Assembly: GCA_964291395.2 (NCBI GenBank)
Contig: OZ219857.1
Span: forward strand, 132,218 to 196,217
Source of the DNA: Alphaproteobacteria bacterium
GTDB taxonomy: Bacteria; Pseudomonadota; Alphaproteobacteria; UBA2966
DNA length: 64,000 nt
Reading direction: 5' to 3'
The position numbers and the translations under genes were made by a program. The notes below the pieces were generated by a model. The model searched no databases, was not told the DNA's origin, and saw nothing but the letters and a program-made list of their open reading frames with translations. This document shows positions 20,165-30,212 of this stretch, one piece after another; position 1 is the stretch's first letter, and each line of letters starts with the position of its first letter.

Positions 20165-21412
20165 ATGTACCAAGTGCACTTTTACTGCTGGCACTTCATG
20201 GCCTATCCGTATCTGCCGGCGGACTTCGACGACAAGTACGAGTCAGGCTGGGTGACGGTTCCTAATTCGCTCTGGGACCATGAGCGGGTCGACACCCTCT
20301 ATCAGGGGTACATCGACCAGCTCGTCTACGCCGAAGAGCTGGGCTTCGACGGCCTTGTGCTCAACGAACATCACCAGAACATCTATGGGTTGATGCCGTC
20401 CCCGAATTTGATTGCTGCGGCACTGACCCAGCGGACCGAACGGGCGAAGCTGGTGATCCTGGGAAACATTCTGCCGCTGCATCTCAACCCCCTGCGCGTG
20501 GCGGAGGAATACGCCATGCTCGACAACATGTCGGGCGGCCGCCTCATCGCCGGCTTCGCCATCGGCGGCGGACCCGAAGCGTTCAACTACGATGTGCCTC
20601 AGCCCCAGGCCCGCAGGCAATTCTGGGAGGCGGTGGATCTGGTTGCCCGTTCCTGGGTAGAGGACGGCCCCTTTCGCCATGAAGGGCGCTATTACCCGCT
20701 ACGCTATGTCAACCTGTGGCCACGTCCGCGACAGAAGCCGCACCCACCCATCTGGATTCCCGGTGCTCTCAGCCTCGAAACCATGGATGAGGTGGCAAAA
20801 CGTGGCTACGACTTCTTCCTGTCATCTCGGCGCCACGATGCCGCGACTCAAAAGGCGGTCGAACGATTCGCCGACCGCGTGGAAGCCCACGGCAGCGCCT
20901 TCCACCCTTATCGCATGGGAATCCTGCTCTCCGTCTACGTCGGCGAGAGCGACGAGCAGGCGCGCGCGGAGGCCCGGGAGGGCGTCTGGTATTTCCTGCG
21001 AAATTGCGTGAAAGGACATCTCAGGAGCCGCGGCCGCAACCTCACCTTTGGTCCCGGCGTGCCGTCCGCGTCGGTGACTTCGTGGGAGGCTTACCTTGAG
21101 CGGGCCGACCCCGCGACCAACAATTTCGGCGACGTGGAAACTTGGGAGGAGCTCGACAGCTGGAGCTCGGTCATCGTCGGATCGCCCGAGACCGTGCGCA
21201 AGCGGCTCTGGCGGATGATCGAGTCATTCAAGCTCGGCACTATTCTGATCCAGTTCCATTTCGGAAACCTTCCCGACGATCTGACGCGCAAGAGCATGAG
21301 GTTGTTCGCGACCGAGGTCGCACCGAAGTTACGGTCTGACTCGGGGGCGTTGTTTGCCGAAGAATTCCCTGCCCTCGGCGAGATGTTGATGCGGCCCGGA
21401 GCGACGGCGTGA
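20165..21412 (+). CDS. Luciferase-like (LLM) flavin-dependent monooxygenase
   Basis: AEELGFDGLVLNEHH, PLRVAEEYAMLDNMSGGRL, PRPRQKPHPPIW, VGSPETV, FATEVAP. Confidence 0.9.
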   Translation: MYQVHFYCWHFMAYPYLPADFDDKYESGWVTVPNSLWDHERVDTLYQGYIDQLVYAEELGFDGLVLNEHHQNIYGLMPSPNLIAAALTQRTERAKLVILGNILPLHLNPLRVAEEYAMLDNMSGGRLIAGFAIGGGPEAFNYDVPQPQARRQFWEAVDLVARSWVEDGPFRHEGRYYPLRYVNLWPRPRQKPHPPIWIPGALSLETMDEVAKRGYDFFLSSRRHDAATQKAVERFADRVEAHGSAFHPYRMGILLSVYVGESDEQARAEAREGVWYFLRNCVKGHLRSRGRNLTFGPGVPSASVTSWEAYLERADPATNNFGDVETWEELDSWSSVIVGSPETVRKRLWRMIESFKLGTILIQFHFGNLPDDLTRKSMRLFATEVAPKLRSDSGALFAEEFPALGEMLMRPGATA

Positions 21413-22221
21413 GCGTTCGCACTGTGGACGTCCGTGGCCGTGCCGTCGAGCTTATCGAGGCAGGCACCGGGGACGCTCTCGTCTACCTGCACGATATCGC
21501 CGACGTTCATGCGGCACGGCCCGGTTTGCTGCCCTTCCACGAGGCGCTGGCGAACGAATTCCATGTCATCGCGCCGGCCCATCCGGGGTGCGCGGGCAGC
21601 GACGAGAACGACGACATCGAGGAGATCGAAGACGTCGTATTTCACCTCCTGGAGGTCCTTGACGCCCTCTCGTTCGAGACCTTTGCGCTTGTTGGCGCCG
21701 GCGTCGGGGGCTGGATCGCTGCCGAATTCTCGGTCCGCTATCCCGACCGCGTCTCCCGCCTCGTTCTTCTCGGCGCTACGGGCCTCCATGTGCCGGATCA
21801 GCCGATCGGCGACATCTTCATGGCAGTCCAGTCGACGGATGGCGGAATGTATCCCGATTTCCGAAGAATGCTGTTTGCCGCCGAAGATCAGGCCGAGGCC
21901 CTCGCCATGTTCCCCGACGGCCTTGGCGAGATCGGAAACGAGATGCTGCGCTATAGGATGTTCCGCTTTTTGTCGCGCGTCGGCTTCCGACCGCCGTATC
22001 TCTACAACCGGACCCTGCGGGACCGTCTCTACCGCTACGACCAGCCGGCGCTGATCATCTGGGGCAGCGAAGACCAGTTCGTACCCGGCACTCACGCGGA
22101 CGCCTACGTCGAAGGCCTGGGCCATGCCCGGCTCGAAATGCTGGAGGGAGCCGGTCACAGCACGTGGATCGAACGGCCCGGCGACGTCGCCGCTCTCGTG
22201 AGTGAATTCCTCAGATCCTGA
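21409..22221 (+). CDS. Alpha/beta-hydrolase-fold protein lacking the nucleophile Ser
   Basis: Elbow VGAGVGG, WGSED, GAGH; GTGA overlap with the LLM gene. Confidence 0.82.
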   Translation: MSVRTVDVRGRAVELIEAGTGDALVYLHDIADVHAARPGLLPFHEALANEFHVIAPAHPGCAGSDENDDIEEIEDVVFHLLEVLDALSFETFALVGAGVGGWIAAEFSVRYPDRVSRLVLLGATGLHVPDQPIGDIFMAVQSTDGGMYPDFRRMLFAAEDQAEALAMFPDGLGEIGNEMLRYRMFRFLSRVGFRPPYLYNRTLRDRLYRYDQPALIIWGSEDQFVPGTHADAYVEGLGHARLEMLEGAGHSTWIERPGDVAALVSEFLRS

Positions 22222-22308
22222 CCATCTCTCTGGTCGAATCAGGCGCTTTCCCTACGTGGACAGCAAATCGGCGGTTTCAAGCGGATCAGAACAGGAATGT
22301 GATTCCCA

Positions 22309-23037
22309 TCACAAATTGCTGCCCAGACTTGCGCCGCCGCAGACGAACACGGTCTGACCGGAGATATAGGCCGCTTCTTCCGACATGAAGAACGCCACCG
22401 CATGGGCAACTTCCTCTGGCTTTCCGATTCGGCCCATGGGCACGCGCCGCAACAGGTCGCGGTGCTGGGGGCTGTCGGGCGGGTTGTTCTCGAGCAACAT
22501 GCCAGTTTCAATGGGCCCGGGCGCGACCACGTTGGCGGTGATGCCGAAGGATGCCAGGTCCAGGGTCCACTCGCGGGCGAAATTGACGAGACCAGCCTTG
22601 GTAGCCCCGTAGGTGGTGCGCTGCGGAACCAGACCCAAAGCATGCTCGCTGGCGATGTTGACGATACGGCCGAATTCCTGGCGCTTCATCGAAGGGATGT
22701 ACGCTTGGGTCACCTGCAACGCTGTCGTCAGGTTCAGTTGCATCACGAGGTCGTATTCATCGAGGGTAATGTCATCGACTGCCTGCGGATGTGAGCGCCC
22801 CACGTTGTTGACGACACCATTGACTTCGTGGACGGCGGCAATCGCGTTCATGGCGACGGCGACAGCTTTCCGGTCGCTCAGATCGACAGCGTGAAATATG
22901 CCGGGAAATCCGTTTTCCGGTTCGGTCCGAGCCAACCCGATAATCGTGTGACCCTCCCGGGCAAGCCGCCGCGCCGTGGCATGGCCGATTCCTTTGCTCG
23001 CGCCGGTGATGACGGTGACACGCTCCCGTCCTGACAT
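22309..23037 (-). CDS. Short-chain dehydrogenase/reductase
   Basis: TGASKGIG, NNVG, YGATK, NVVAPG. Confidence 0.9.
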   Translation of the reverse strand: MSGRERVTVITGASKGIGHATARRLAREGHTIIGLARTEPENGFPGIFHAVDLSDRKAVAVAMNAIAAVHEVNGVVNNVGRSHPQAVDDITLDEYDLVMQLNLTTALQVTQAYIPSMKRQEFGRIVNIASEHALGLVPQRTTYGATKAGLVNFAREWTLDLASFGITANVVAPGPIETGMLLENNPPDSPQHRDLLRRVPMGRIGKPEEVAHAVAFFMSEEAAYISGQTVFVCGGASLGSNL

Positions 23038-23208
23038 CACAGCCCTTTCCGCGGTGCGCCCTGCGATCCCGTGGAACCCTTACACGGTGCCGAACGCCAC
23101 GTGCAAGGTACGCCCGCTTGGCAGGTCCGCGACACGGCCCCTACAATCCGGTTCCGGTGATCCACCCATCCGGGTGGATCGCGAAGCTCATCGAGGGAGG
23201 CGCAGAGA

Positions 23209-24084
23209 ATGAAGAAGAAGTCGGTCGGCAATATCGAGATCGCGCGCGTTGTAGAGCTTGAGGGTACCGAATTCCGCTATCAGGGGCTGTTCCCCGATCT
23301 TTCCCAGGAAGACTTCGACGCCCATCGCGATTGGCTCGATCCACACTTCTTCGATTACGGCATCGGCCAGGTCAGGTTCAGCTTCCACGCTTTCGTCCTG
23401 AAGACCGAATACCACACCATCGTGGTCGATACCTGCATCGGCAACCACAAGAGCCGAGAGGCCCGACCCATCTTCAACATGCGAAAGGACGACCGCTTTC
23501 TCAGGGAACTGGCCAAGGCGGAGGTCGATCCGGAAGAAGTCGACTACGTCATGTGCACGCACCTGCACGGCGATCACGTGGGCTGGAACACCAAGCTCGA
23601 GAACGGCGAATGGGTTCCGACCTTTCCCAACGCCAAGTACCTCTTCTCGGAAAAGGACCTGGAATGGTTCTCCGCCATTCCGGAAGACGACGGCAATCAC
23701 TGGCAGGGATATCGCGATTCAGTGCTGCCGGTGATCGAAGCCGGCAATGCCGTGGAGGTGACGAGCGACTATGCTCTGGATGACTCGATCTGGCTCGAGC
23801 CCTCGGAGGGGCATACCCCCGGCCACTGTTCGGTGCGCCTCAAGTCGAACGATGCCGAAGCGGTCTTGACGGGTGATCTGATACACCACCCCATCCAATG
23901 CGCGATGCCCCACGTCAACAGCGCCGCCTGTATTGATCCTCCCAAGTCGGCGGCGACACGGCAGGAGTTCATGGAGCGCTACGCGGACACTGATATCAAG
24001 GTGTTTCCGGCTCACTTCGCCGCCCCGACCGCAGGTTTCGTGACGGGGGCTGCGGACAGCTACCGCTGGAAGCCCGATCTGTGA
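23209..24084 (+). CDS. Metallo-beta-lactamase-fold hydrolase (lactonase-like)
   Basis: THLHGDHVG, GHTPGH, GD, AHF; GAGGGAGG SD. Confidence 0.9.
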   Translation: MKKKSVGNIEIARVVELEGTEFRYQGLFPDLSQEDFDAHRDWLDPHFFDYGIGQVRFSFHAFVLKTEYHTIVVDTCIGNHKSREARPIFNMRKDDRFLRELAKAEVDPEEVDYVMCTHLHGDHVGWNTKLENGEWVPTFPNAKYLFSEKDLEWFSAIPEDDGNHWQGYRDSVLPVIEAGNAVEVTSDYALDDSIWLEPSEGHTPGHCSVRLKSNDAEAVLTGDLIHHPIQCAMPHVNSAACIDPPKSAATRQEFMERYADTDIKVFPAHFAAPTAGFVTGAADSYRWKPDL

Positions 24085-24107
24085 GCGGACCGGAGGTCCG
24101 CTGCCTG

Positions 24108-24866
24108 CTAATTCAAGCCGACCGCGGCCGAAAGAGTCGGACCGATTTCGTCGTTGATAACCAAGTCGGCGAAAACATCGAGATCGGTCGGATCGCGGTT
24201 GAGTATGACCAGGGTTGATCCGTTGTCCTTGGCCATGACGGGGAATCCGGCGGCCGGATAGACCACGAGCGAGGATCCGATGGCGAGGAAAAGATCGCAT
24301 TCCAGGGTCATCTCCTGCGCCCGCCGCATGGCTTCCACCGGCATCGCCTGCCCGAACGAGATCGTGGCTTGCTTGACGATCCCGCCGCAGACCGTGCATG
24401 TCGGCAGCGTCTCGTCGATCTCGAATGCCGCTTTGATGGCATCCAGCCCGTACCGCGTATCGCAGTCTAGGCAGGTGGCGTAGGTGCTGTTGCCGTGCAG
24501 TTCGATGACCTGCTCATCGGGAACGCCCGATTTCTGGTGAAGGCCGTCGACATTCTGGGTGATGACGGCGGTTGCGAGGCCGCGACGGACGAGCGCGGCC
24601 ACGGCGAGATGACCACGGTTGGGTTCCGCCGTTTTCATCGTCTTGTCCACCTCGATTTTGCGTCGCCAATTTTCGCGGCGCATCTCCTCCGAGGCGAGAA
24701 ACTCTCCGAACTCGATCGGCTTGTTTTGGGTCCAAAGCCCTCCGGGGCTGCGGAAATCGGGAATCCCGGACTCGGTACTGATCCCCGCCCCGGTGAAGAC
24801 GACGATACGGCGCGCCTCGTGCACGAGACCACGCAGCCGGTCGGTAGCCTGTTGACCTGACGCCAC
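24108..24866 (-). CDS. cobB: Sir2-family NAD-dependent deacylase
   Basis: TGAGISTESGIPDFR, TQNVDGLH, ELHG, two CxxC, GSSLVVYPAA. Confidence 0.88.
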   Translation of the reverse strand: MASGQQATDRLRGLVHEARRIVVFTGAGISTESGIPDFRSPGGLWTQNKPIEFGEFLASEEMRRENWRRKIEVDKTMKTAEPNRGHLAVAALVRRGLATAVITQNVDGLHQKSGVPDEQVIELHGNSTYATCLDCDTRYGLDAIKAAFEIDETLPTCTVCGGIVKQATISFGQAMPVEAMRRAQEMTLECDLFLAIGSSLVVYPAAGFPVMAKDNGSTLVILNRDPTDLDVFADLVINDEIGPTLSAAVGLN

Positions 24867-25140
24867 TGAGGTTCTCCCTTGAGATGTGATCCAGACTTCC
24901 CCAGCGGACCCGCATGGTCAAGCCGGCGACAGTGGCCACCTCGCCAACAACCGCGTGCCCCTCGCCGATATTCCGCTCATCCCGATTGTCTTCACCGTCG
25001 CGATGACGCCCGAAGGAGACGATTGCGGGAGACCTTGTCCCGACCTCGCGCGACGGCAAGAAAACGATGGCCGGACGCGCGTCTCAGATCGAAACCATGC
25101 CGCCATTTCTCATAATGAAAACCCGTTCGGGCAACCGGTA

Positions 25141-26127
25141 TCAGCGGTATGGATCGCTCTTGACGAGATAGTCCCTCACGTACGACGCGACCGCGCCATC
25201 GAGCGGGCGGAACTCGTGTCCGCATCCGGCCGCGCGGAGCTTCTCCATGCGGGCCTCGGTAAAATACTGATACTTGTCGCGGATTTCCTCGGGCGTATCG
25301 ATGAATTCGATCCGAGGCGCCACGTCCATCGCGGCGTACACGGCCCGCGCCAGATCGGAAAAAGTTCTCGCCGTTCCCGTGCCAAGATTGAACAGGCCGG
25401 AAACGTCGGGGCGGTCGTAGATCCACATCATCACGTCCACGCAATCATCGACCGATATGAAATCACGCATCTGGCCGCCATCCTCGTATCCCGGGTTATG
25501 GGACCGGAACAGACTGACCGCGTCTCCCGAAGCAATCTGTTCATAAAGCTGGTGCGCGACACTGCGCATGGGTCCCTTGTGATACTCATTGGGACCAAAC
25601 ACGTTGAAGAACTTCAGGCCGACCCATTGCGACCGTCCCTGCCGTCTCTCGGCGGACAACCGGGCGATGCGACGGTCGAGCAGGTGCTTGCTCCAGCCGT
25701 ACAGGTTGAGCGGCCGAAGCTTACACAAGCCGTCAACCGAACCGTCGTCGTCAAAACCGGCGCTGCCGTCTCCGTACGTTGCCGCGGACGAGGCATAGAT
25801 GAAGCGCGCGTCGGCGATCGCGCACCATTCCCAGAGCTTGAGAGAGAAATCGACGTTGTTGGAGATGACGAGATCGGCGTCCGTCGCGGTGGTCGAAGAA
25901 ATGGCCCCCATGTGAAAGACGGCATCGATGGTGCCGTGCTGCCCCTCCAAGAAATCGAACAGAGACTCCGGCGGCAGGATGCCTATCAGGTCGCGCTTGG
26001 CGATGTTACGCCACTTGTCGCCCCTGCCCAGGCTGTCACAAACCACGATCTCGGTTTCTCCCCGCGCCTCGAGCGCGGCGACGATATTCGAACCGATGAA
26101 GCCGGCCCCACCGGTGACGATGATCAC
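25141..26127 (-). CDS. hldD: ADP-L-glycero-D-manno-heptose 6-epimerase
   Basis: MIIVTGGAGFIGSN, YASSAATYG, PLNLYGWSK, FNVFGPNEYHKG, KYQYFTEA. Confidence 0.95.
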   Translation of the reverse strand: MIIVTGGAGFIGSNIVAALEARGETEIVVCDSLGRGDKWRNIAKRDLIGILPPESLFDFLEGQHGTIDAVFHMGAISSTTATDADLVISNNVDFSLKLWEWCAIADARFIYASSAATYGDGSAGFDDDGSVDGLCKLRPLNLYGWSKHLLDRRIARLSAERRQGRSQWVGLKFFNVFGPNEYHKGPMRSVAHQLYEQIASGDAVSLFRSHNPGYEDGGQMRDFISVDDCVDVMMWIYDRPDVSGLFNLGTGTARTFSDLARAVYAAMDVAPRIEFIDTPEEIRDKYQYFTEARMEKLRAAGCGHEFRPLDGAVASYVRDYLVKSDPYR

Positions 26128-27605
26128 GGATTCCTTCCGGCGCGCCGGTCAATCCGACAAATCGTGCTGGTCGTGCTGTGACCTTCGGCGAGTTCGGCCA
26201 GGACGACGCGGCCGCCATATGATTTCACAAGGTCGCCGCCAACGACGTCATCCTCGGCATAGTCCGCACCCTTGACGAGGACATCCGGCCTAATGGCTTC
26301 GATCAATGACATCGGCGTGTCCTCGCCAAACTCGACGACCAGATCGACGGTGGAGAGACTCGCGAGAACGGCGGCGCGGGTCGCCGCCGGCTGGACGGGC
26401 CGGTCGTCGCCCTTAAGACGGCTTACGGAGGCATCCGAGTTCAGTCCCACGATCAAGGCATCCCCGGCCGCGCGGGCCTGTTCGAGGAGGGAGACGTGTC
26501 CCGGGTGTATGAGGTCGAAACAGCCATTCGTGAATACCACGCGCTTTTCGCGGCGGCGCCACTGGGCAACCCGGTCAAGTGCCGCGTCGAGTGACACGAT
26601 CTTGTACCCCGAGTCCCGAGAGGCGGCGGTCTCAAGACTGGCCGCGATTTCGTGGGCATCGACCGTCGCCGTTCCTACCTTTCCGACCACGATCCCGGCG
26701 GACACGTTCGCAAGGGATGCGGCCTCTTCGAGTCCATGCCCGGCGGCGAGGGCCGTCGCTACGGTCGCAATTGCCGTGTCGCCCGCGCCCGAGACGTCGA
26801 AAACCTCTCGCGCCCGGGTGCGAAGGTGCAGCGGCTCTTCGCCCGCAACGACCAATGTCATGCCTTGGGCACCGCGCGTCGCCAGAACGGCGCCGATACC
26901 GGACTCCGCAACAGCCCTGTCTGCCGCAATTGCCGCACTCCGGTCGTCCTCGACCGCCATTCCGGTGGCTCGGGACAGTTCATCCCGGTTGGGACTCACC
27001 AGGAACGCTCCCTTGTACCGCGTGAAGTCTGAGCTTTTCGGATCGACGACGACCGGCACGTCCGCGGACGCCGCCGCAGAGATGATCTTTACGATGACCG
27101 CATCGGTCAGAACGCCCTTGGCGTAGTCAGACAACACCGCGACGTCCGCACGCGGCAGTTCGGCGCGAGCCCGCTCCACGACCTGCGACAGGATGTCTAC
27201 CGGCGCTGCGATCTTGCCCTCGACGTCGGCGCGGAGGAGCTGCTGGCCGGACGCCAAGTACCTAGTCTTCACCGTCGTCGGCGTGCTCGGACAGACTACG
27301 GAGTGGAGTGCCAGGCCCTCTTCGTCCGCCAGCAATTCCGTTACGCGCACGCCAGCCGTATCGTCACCGATTAGTCCCACCAGAACGACCTGCCCCCCCA
27401 GGCTCACAATGTTCCGCGCCACATTGCCGGCACCGCCGGGCATCTCCGCCTCGTGGTCGATGTGCATCACGGGAATCGGCGCTTCCGGCGAAATGCGATT
27501 CACCGTGCCCGTGACATAGCGATCCAGCATCAGATCGCCGACGACGAGGACCCGGCCCTTGCCGAGCGTCGGCAGCATTTCGAGAAGACGAGAGGGATCA
27601 GGCAC
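26124..27605 (-). CDS. hldE: Bifunctional heptose-7-phosphate kinase / heptose-1-phosphate adenylyltransferase (start uncertain)
   Basis: GDLMLDRY..RISPEAP, DVSGAGDT, FTNGCFDLIHPGH, LVKGADY. Confidence 0.93.
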   Translation of the reverse strand: MPDPSRLLEMLPTLGKGRVLVVGDLMLDRYVTGTVNRISPEAPIPVMHIDHEAEMPGGAGNVARNIVSLGGQVVLVGLIGDDTAGVRVTELLADEEGLALHSVVCPSTPTTVKTRYLASGQQLLRADVEGKIAAPVDILSQVVERARAELPRADVAVLSDYAKGVLTDAVIVKIISAAASADVPVVVDPKSSDFTRYKGAFLVSPNRDELSRATGMAVEDDRSAAIAADRAVAESGIGAVLATRGAQGMTLVVAGEEPLHLRTRAREVFDVSGAGDTAIATVATALAAGHGLEEAASLANVSAGIVVGKVGTATVDAHEIAASLETAASRDSGYKIVSLDAALDRVAQWRRREKRVVFTNGCFDLIHPGHVSLLEQARAAGDALIVGLNSDASVSRLKGDDRPVQPAATRAAVLASLSTVDLVVEFGEDTPMSLIEAIRPDVLVKGADYAEDDVVGGDLVKSYGGRVVLAELAEGHSTTSTICRIDRRAGRNP

Positions 27606-27613
27606 GTCGACGG

Positions 27614-28354
27614 TCAGGTCTGAATGAATGCGTGCTCGCTGTCGTGAAGGACGACACAGGTGAGGGTATCCGACATCCACGCTCCAGTATCGATACCGAT
27701 GCGGTTCGAGCGAACCTGAATCTCCTTAAAGGGTGTATGCCCGTGCACGACCACCTTGCCCAAATCATCCTCGCAATCGAGGAATCCCTCCCGGATCCAC
27801 AGCAGGTCCTGCCGTTCTTGCTTCTCCAAGGGAACGTTGGGCCGAATTCCGGCATGTACGAAAACGTAATCGCCCTCGACATGCATCAGAGGAAGGTTGC
27901 GCAGGAAGTCGAGATGACGTTCGGGAAGGCTCTCGAGAAATCGGTCCCGCAACCACTCCCATCCGCCGCCATGAAATTCGAGGTCTCCCACGTCGATGCC
28001 GTAGTTGTGCAGCGTCGTGTCGCCTCCATTGAAGATCCAAACGTCGCCGCATCCCGGATTGTCCAGAAACTCCAATAGGAACGCCTCATGGTTGCCAAGG
28101 ATACTGATAGTTTCGAAGCCGGGAATGGGGTCTTCGATCAGACAGTCGAGAACGTCGCGGCTGTGACCGCCACGGTCCACATAGTCGCCGAGGTAGACCA
28201 CGACGTACGAGTCGGCCTGGACCTCTTCCGCATCGGCACGAATCCGGGCATTGAGGCGTCGGAGGAGGTCGATACGTCCGTGGACATCTCCGACCGCGTA
28301 TACGCGCCGACCGGGGGGCACGCACGCATGGAGGCGGGCCGGGCTTTCCATCAT
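27614..28354 (-). CDS. Metallophosphoesterase (PPP/lambda-type Ser/Thr phosphatase-like)
   Basis: GDVHG, GDYVDRG, GNHE, VHAG, HGHTP, IDTG. Confidence 0.9.
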   Translation of the reverse strand: MMESPARLHACVPPGRRVYAVGDVHGRIDLLRRLNARIRADAEEVQADSYVVVYLGDYVDRGGHSRDVLDCLIEDPIPGFETISILGNHEAFLLEFLDNPGCGDVWIFNGGDTTLHNYGIDVGDLEFHGGGWEWLRDRFLESLPERHLDFLRNLPLMHVEGDYVFVHAGIRPNVPLEKQERQDLLWIREGFLDCEDDLGKVVVHGHTPFKEIQVRSNRIGIDTGAWMSDTLTCVVLHDSEHAFIQT

Positions 28355-28511
28355 GCTGCGTTGGAGATCGTTACACGTTCCACCATTGCCGCAAGACATT
28401 AGCATCGGGCGAAACAGCAAAAAACCGTCGCTGGGGGACCTGCACGCGTCCAGTCGTGGATTTCCTCCACGCCACTGGTGATGAAGGCGCAAAGACCCCA
28501 TATTGGGCCAC

Positions 28512-29273
28512 ATGTCCGAGTCGGCCATCGAAGTCAGAGATCTGGCAAAGCACTTCGGTCCCATCGTCGCCGTCGACGATGTCGATTTCAGTGTGCCGAA
28601 CGGCAGCACGACGGCGCTGCTCGGGGGCAACGGCGCGGGCAAGACGACCACGATCTCCATGCTCTTGGGCCTCTTACTCCCTACCACGGGGTCCATCACC
28701 GTACTCGGCGAAGACATACTGCGGCACCGCTATCGGGTTCTGCCCCGAATGAATTTCTCCTCGCCTTACGTCGATCTGCCAAGGCGCCTGACCACGGCGG
28801 AGAACCTAAGGGTCTATGCCCAGCTCTATGGATTGCCCGATATCGGACGGCGTTTGCGCGACGTCGCTGACGCCTTCGTCCTCGGCGACATCATGAACCG
28901 GCAAGTCGCCAGCCTTTCTGCGGGACAGAAGACCCGTATGGCCCTGGCGAAAGCCCTGATCAACGCTCCCGACCTGTTGCTGCTCGACGAGCCGACGGCG
29001 TCGCTTGACCCCGATACGGCGGACTGGGTGCGCGGCTACCTCAAGGATTACCAAACCGAAACGGGCGCGACGATCTTGCTGGCCTCTCACAATATGAGCG
29101 AGGTGGAGCACATGTGTGACGACGTGATCATGATGCACGCCGGCCGAATCGTGGATCGTGGCGCGCCCACCGAACTCATCGACCGCTACGGCCGCACCAA
29201 CCTCGAAGAAGTCTTCCTGGACATCGTCCGGAGACGAAACCAGGACGACGACTGGAACAAGGCGGCACAATGA
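28512..29273 (+). CDS. ABC-2 type exporter ATP-binding protein
   Basis: GGNGAGKTT, LSAGQ, LLLLDEPT. Confidence 0.92.
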   Translation: MSESAIEVRDLAKHFGPIVAVDDVDFSVPNGSTTALLGGNGAGKTTTISMLLGLLLPTTGSITVLGEDILRHRYRVLPRMNFSSPYVDLPRRLTTAENLRVYAQLYGLPDIGRRLRDVADAFVLGDIMNRQVASLSAGQKTRMALAKALINAPDLLLLDEPTASLDPDTADWVRGYLKDYQTETGATILLASHNMSEVEHMCDDVIMMHAGRIVDRGAPTELIDRYGRTNLEEVFLDIVRRRNQDDDWNKAAQ

Positions 29274-30127
29274 GCGGCGCACCGACCCTGACCGACGGCG
29301 GCCCGGGCTCTGCAATGGCGCGATGCAATCCTCCGTTCTCGCCCCGGCGCGTCGGGGCCATGGTCCTCCGTTACATCTATCTGATCCGCGGTTCCTGGCC
29401 ACGAATCGTCGAAATGGCCTATTGGCCCACGGTGCAGATGATCTTATGGGGTTTCATCACACTGTTTCTGATCGGGCATTCGAGCTTCATCGCGCAGGCC
29501 TTCGGCATCCTCCTGTCCGGTGTGTTGCTGTGGGACGTGCTGTTCCGGGGACAGCTGGGCGTTGCCATGTCCTTCCTCGAGGAGATGTGGTCGCGCAATC
29601 TCGGGCATCTGTTTGTCAGCCCCCTGCGGCCTTACGAAATGTTGCTGAGCCTCATGGTGGTCAGCCTGATCCGCACGCTGATTGGCCTGATTCCGGCATC
29701 ATTGCTGGCGTTGATGTTCTTCGGATTCTCCCTGTACTCCCTCGGAGTTCCCCTGATCGGGTTTTTCTTGAACCTGATCATCATGGGGTGGTCGATGGGG
29801 TTCATGGTCTCGGGTCTGGTGCTGCGGGTCGGTCTCGGAGCCGAAAGCCTGGCCTGGGCCGCGATCTTTGCCATCGCACCGCTCTGCGGGATCTACTATC
29901 CCATCTCGGTGTTGCCAGACTGGCTGCAGTGCGTTGCGTTCTTCCTGCCCGCGAGTCACGTATTCGAAGGAATGCGGGCGATCCTCGTCGACGATATCTT
30001 CCGATCCGACCTGATGATCAACGCGATCCTGCTGAACATCGCTTACCTGGGGGTTGGCATGGCGGTATTCCTGGCCTTCTTCAGATCGGCCCGCATCAAC
30101 GGCGTGATCTTGCAAGTCGGAGAATGA
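29270..30127 (+). CDS. ABC-2 type exporter permease
   Basis: About six hydrophobic segments, EEMWSRNL, GIYYP; ATGA overlap with the ATPase gene. Confidence 0.88.
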   Translation: MSGAPTLTDGGPGSAMARCNPPFSPRRVGAMVLRYIYLIRGSWPRIVEMAYWPTVQMILWGFITLFLIGHSSFIAQAFGILLSGVLLWDVLFRGQLGVAMSFLEEMWSRNLGHLFVSPLRPYEMLLSLMVVSLIRTLIGLIPASLLALMFFGFSLYSLGVPLIGFFLNLIIMGWSMGFMVSGLVLRVGLGAESLAWAAIFAIAPLCGIYYPISVLPDWLQCVAFFLPASHVFEGMRAILVDDIFRSDLMINAILLNIAYLGVGMAVFLAFFRSARINGVILQVGE

Positions 30128-30212
30128 TGGCGCCCCATCGTGCCGCCGGACCGAGACGGATAGAACGATCTGAAATCATGATGTTGTCCTACCCCACGAC
30201 ACCCCAACCCGA

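Noticed and set aside
24886-26181. 431-aa plus-strand ORF and similar long antisense ORFs (e.g. 3034-4020, 6708-7721, 36345-37418, 49155-50258)
   Set aside because: They are shadow ORFs opposite well-supported genes, expected in high-GC DNA, and have no motifs.
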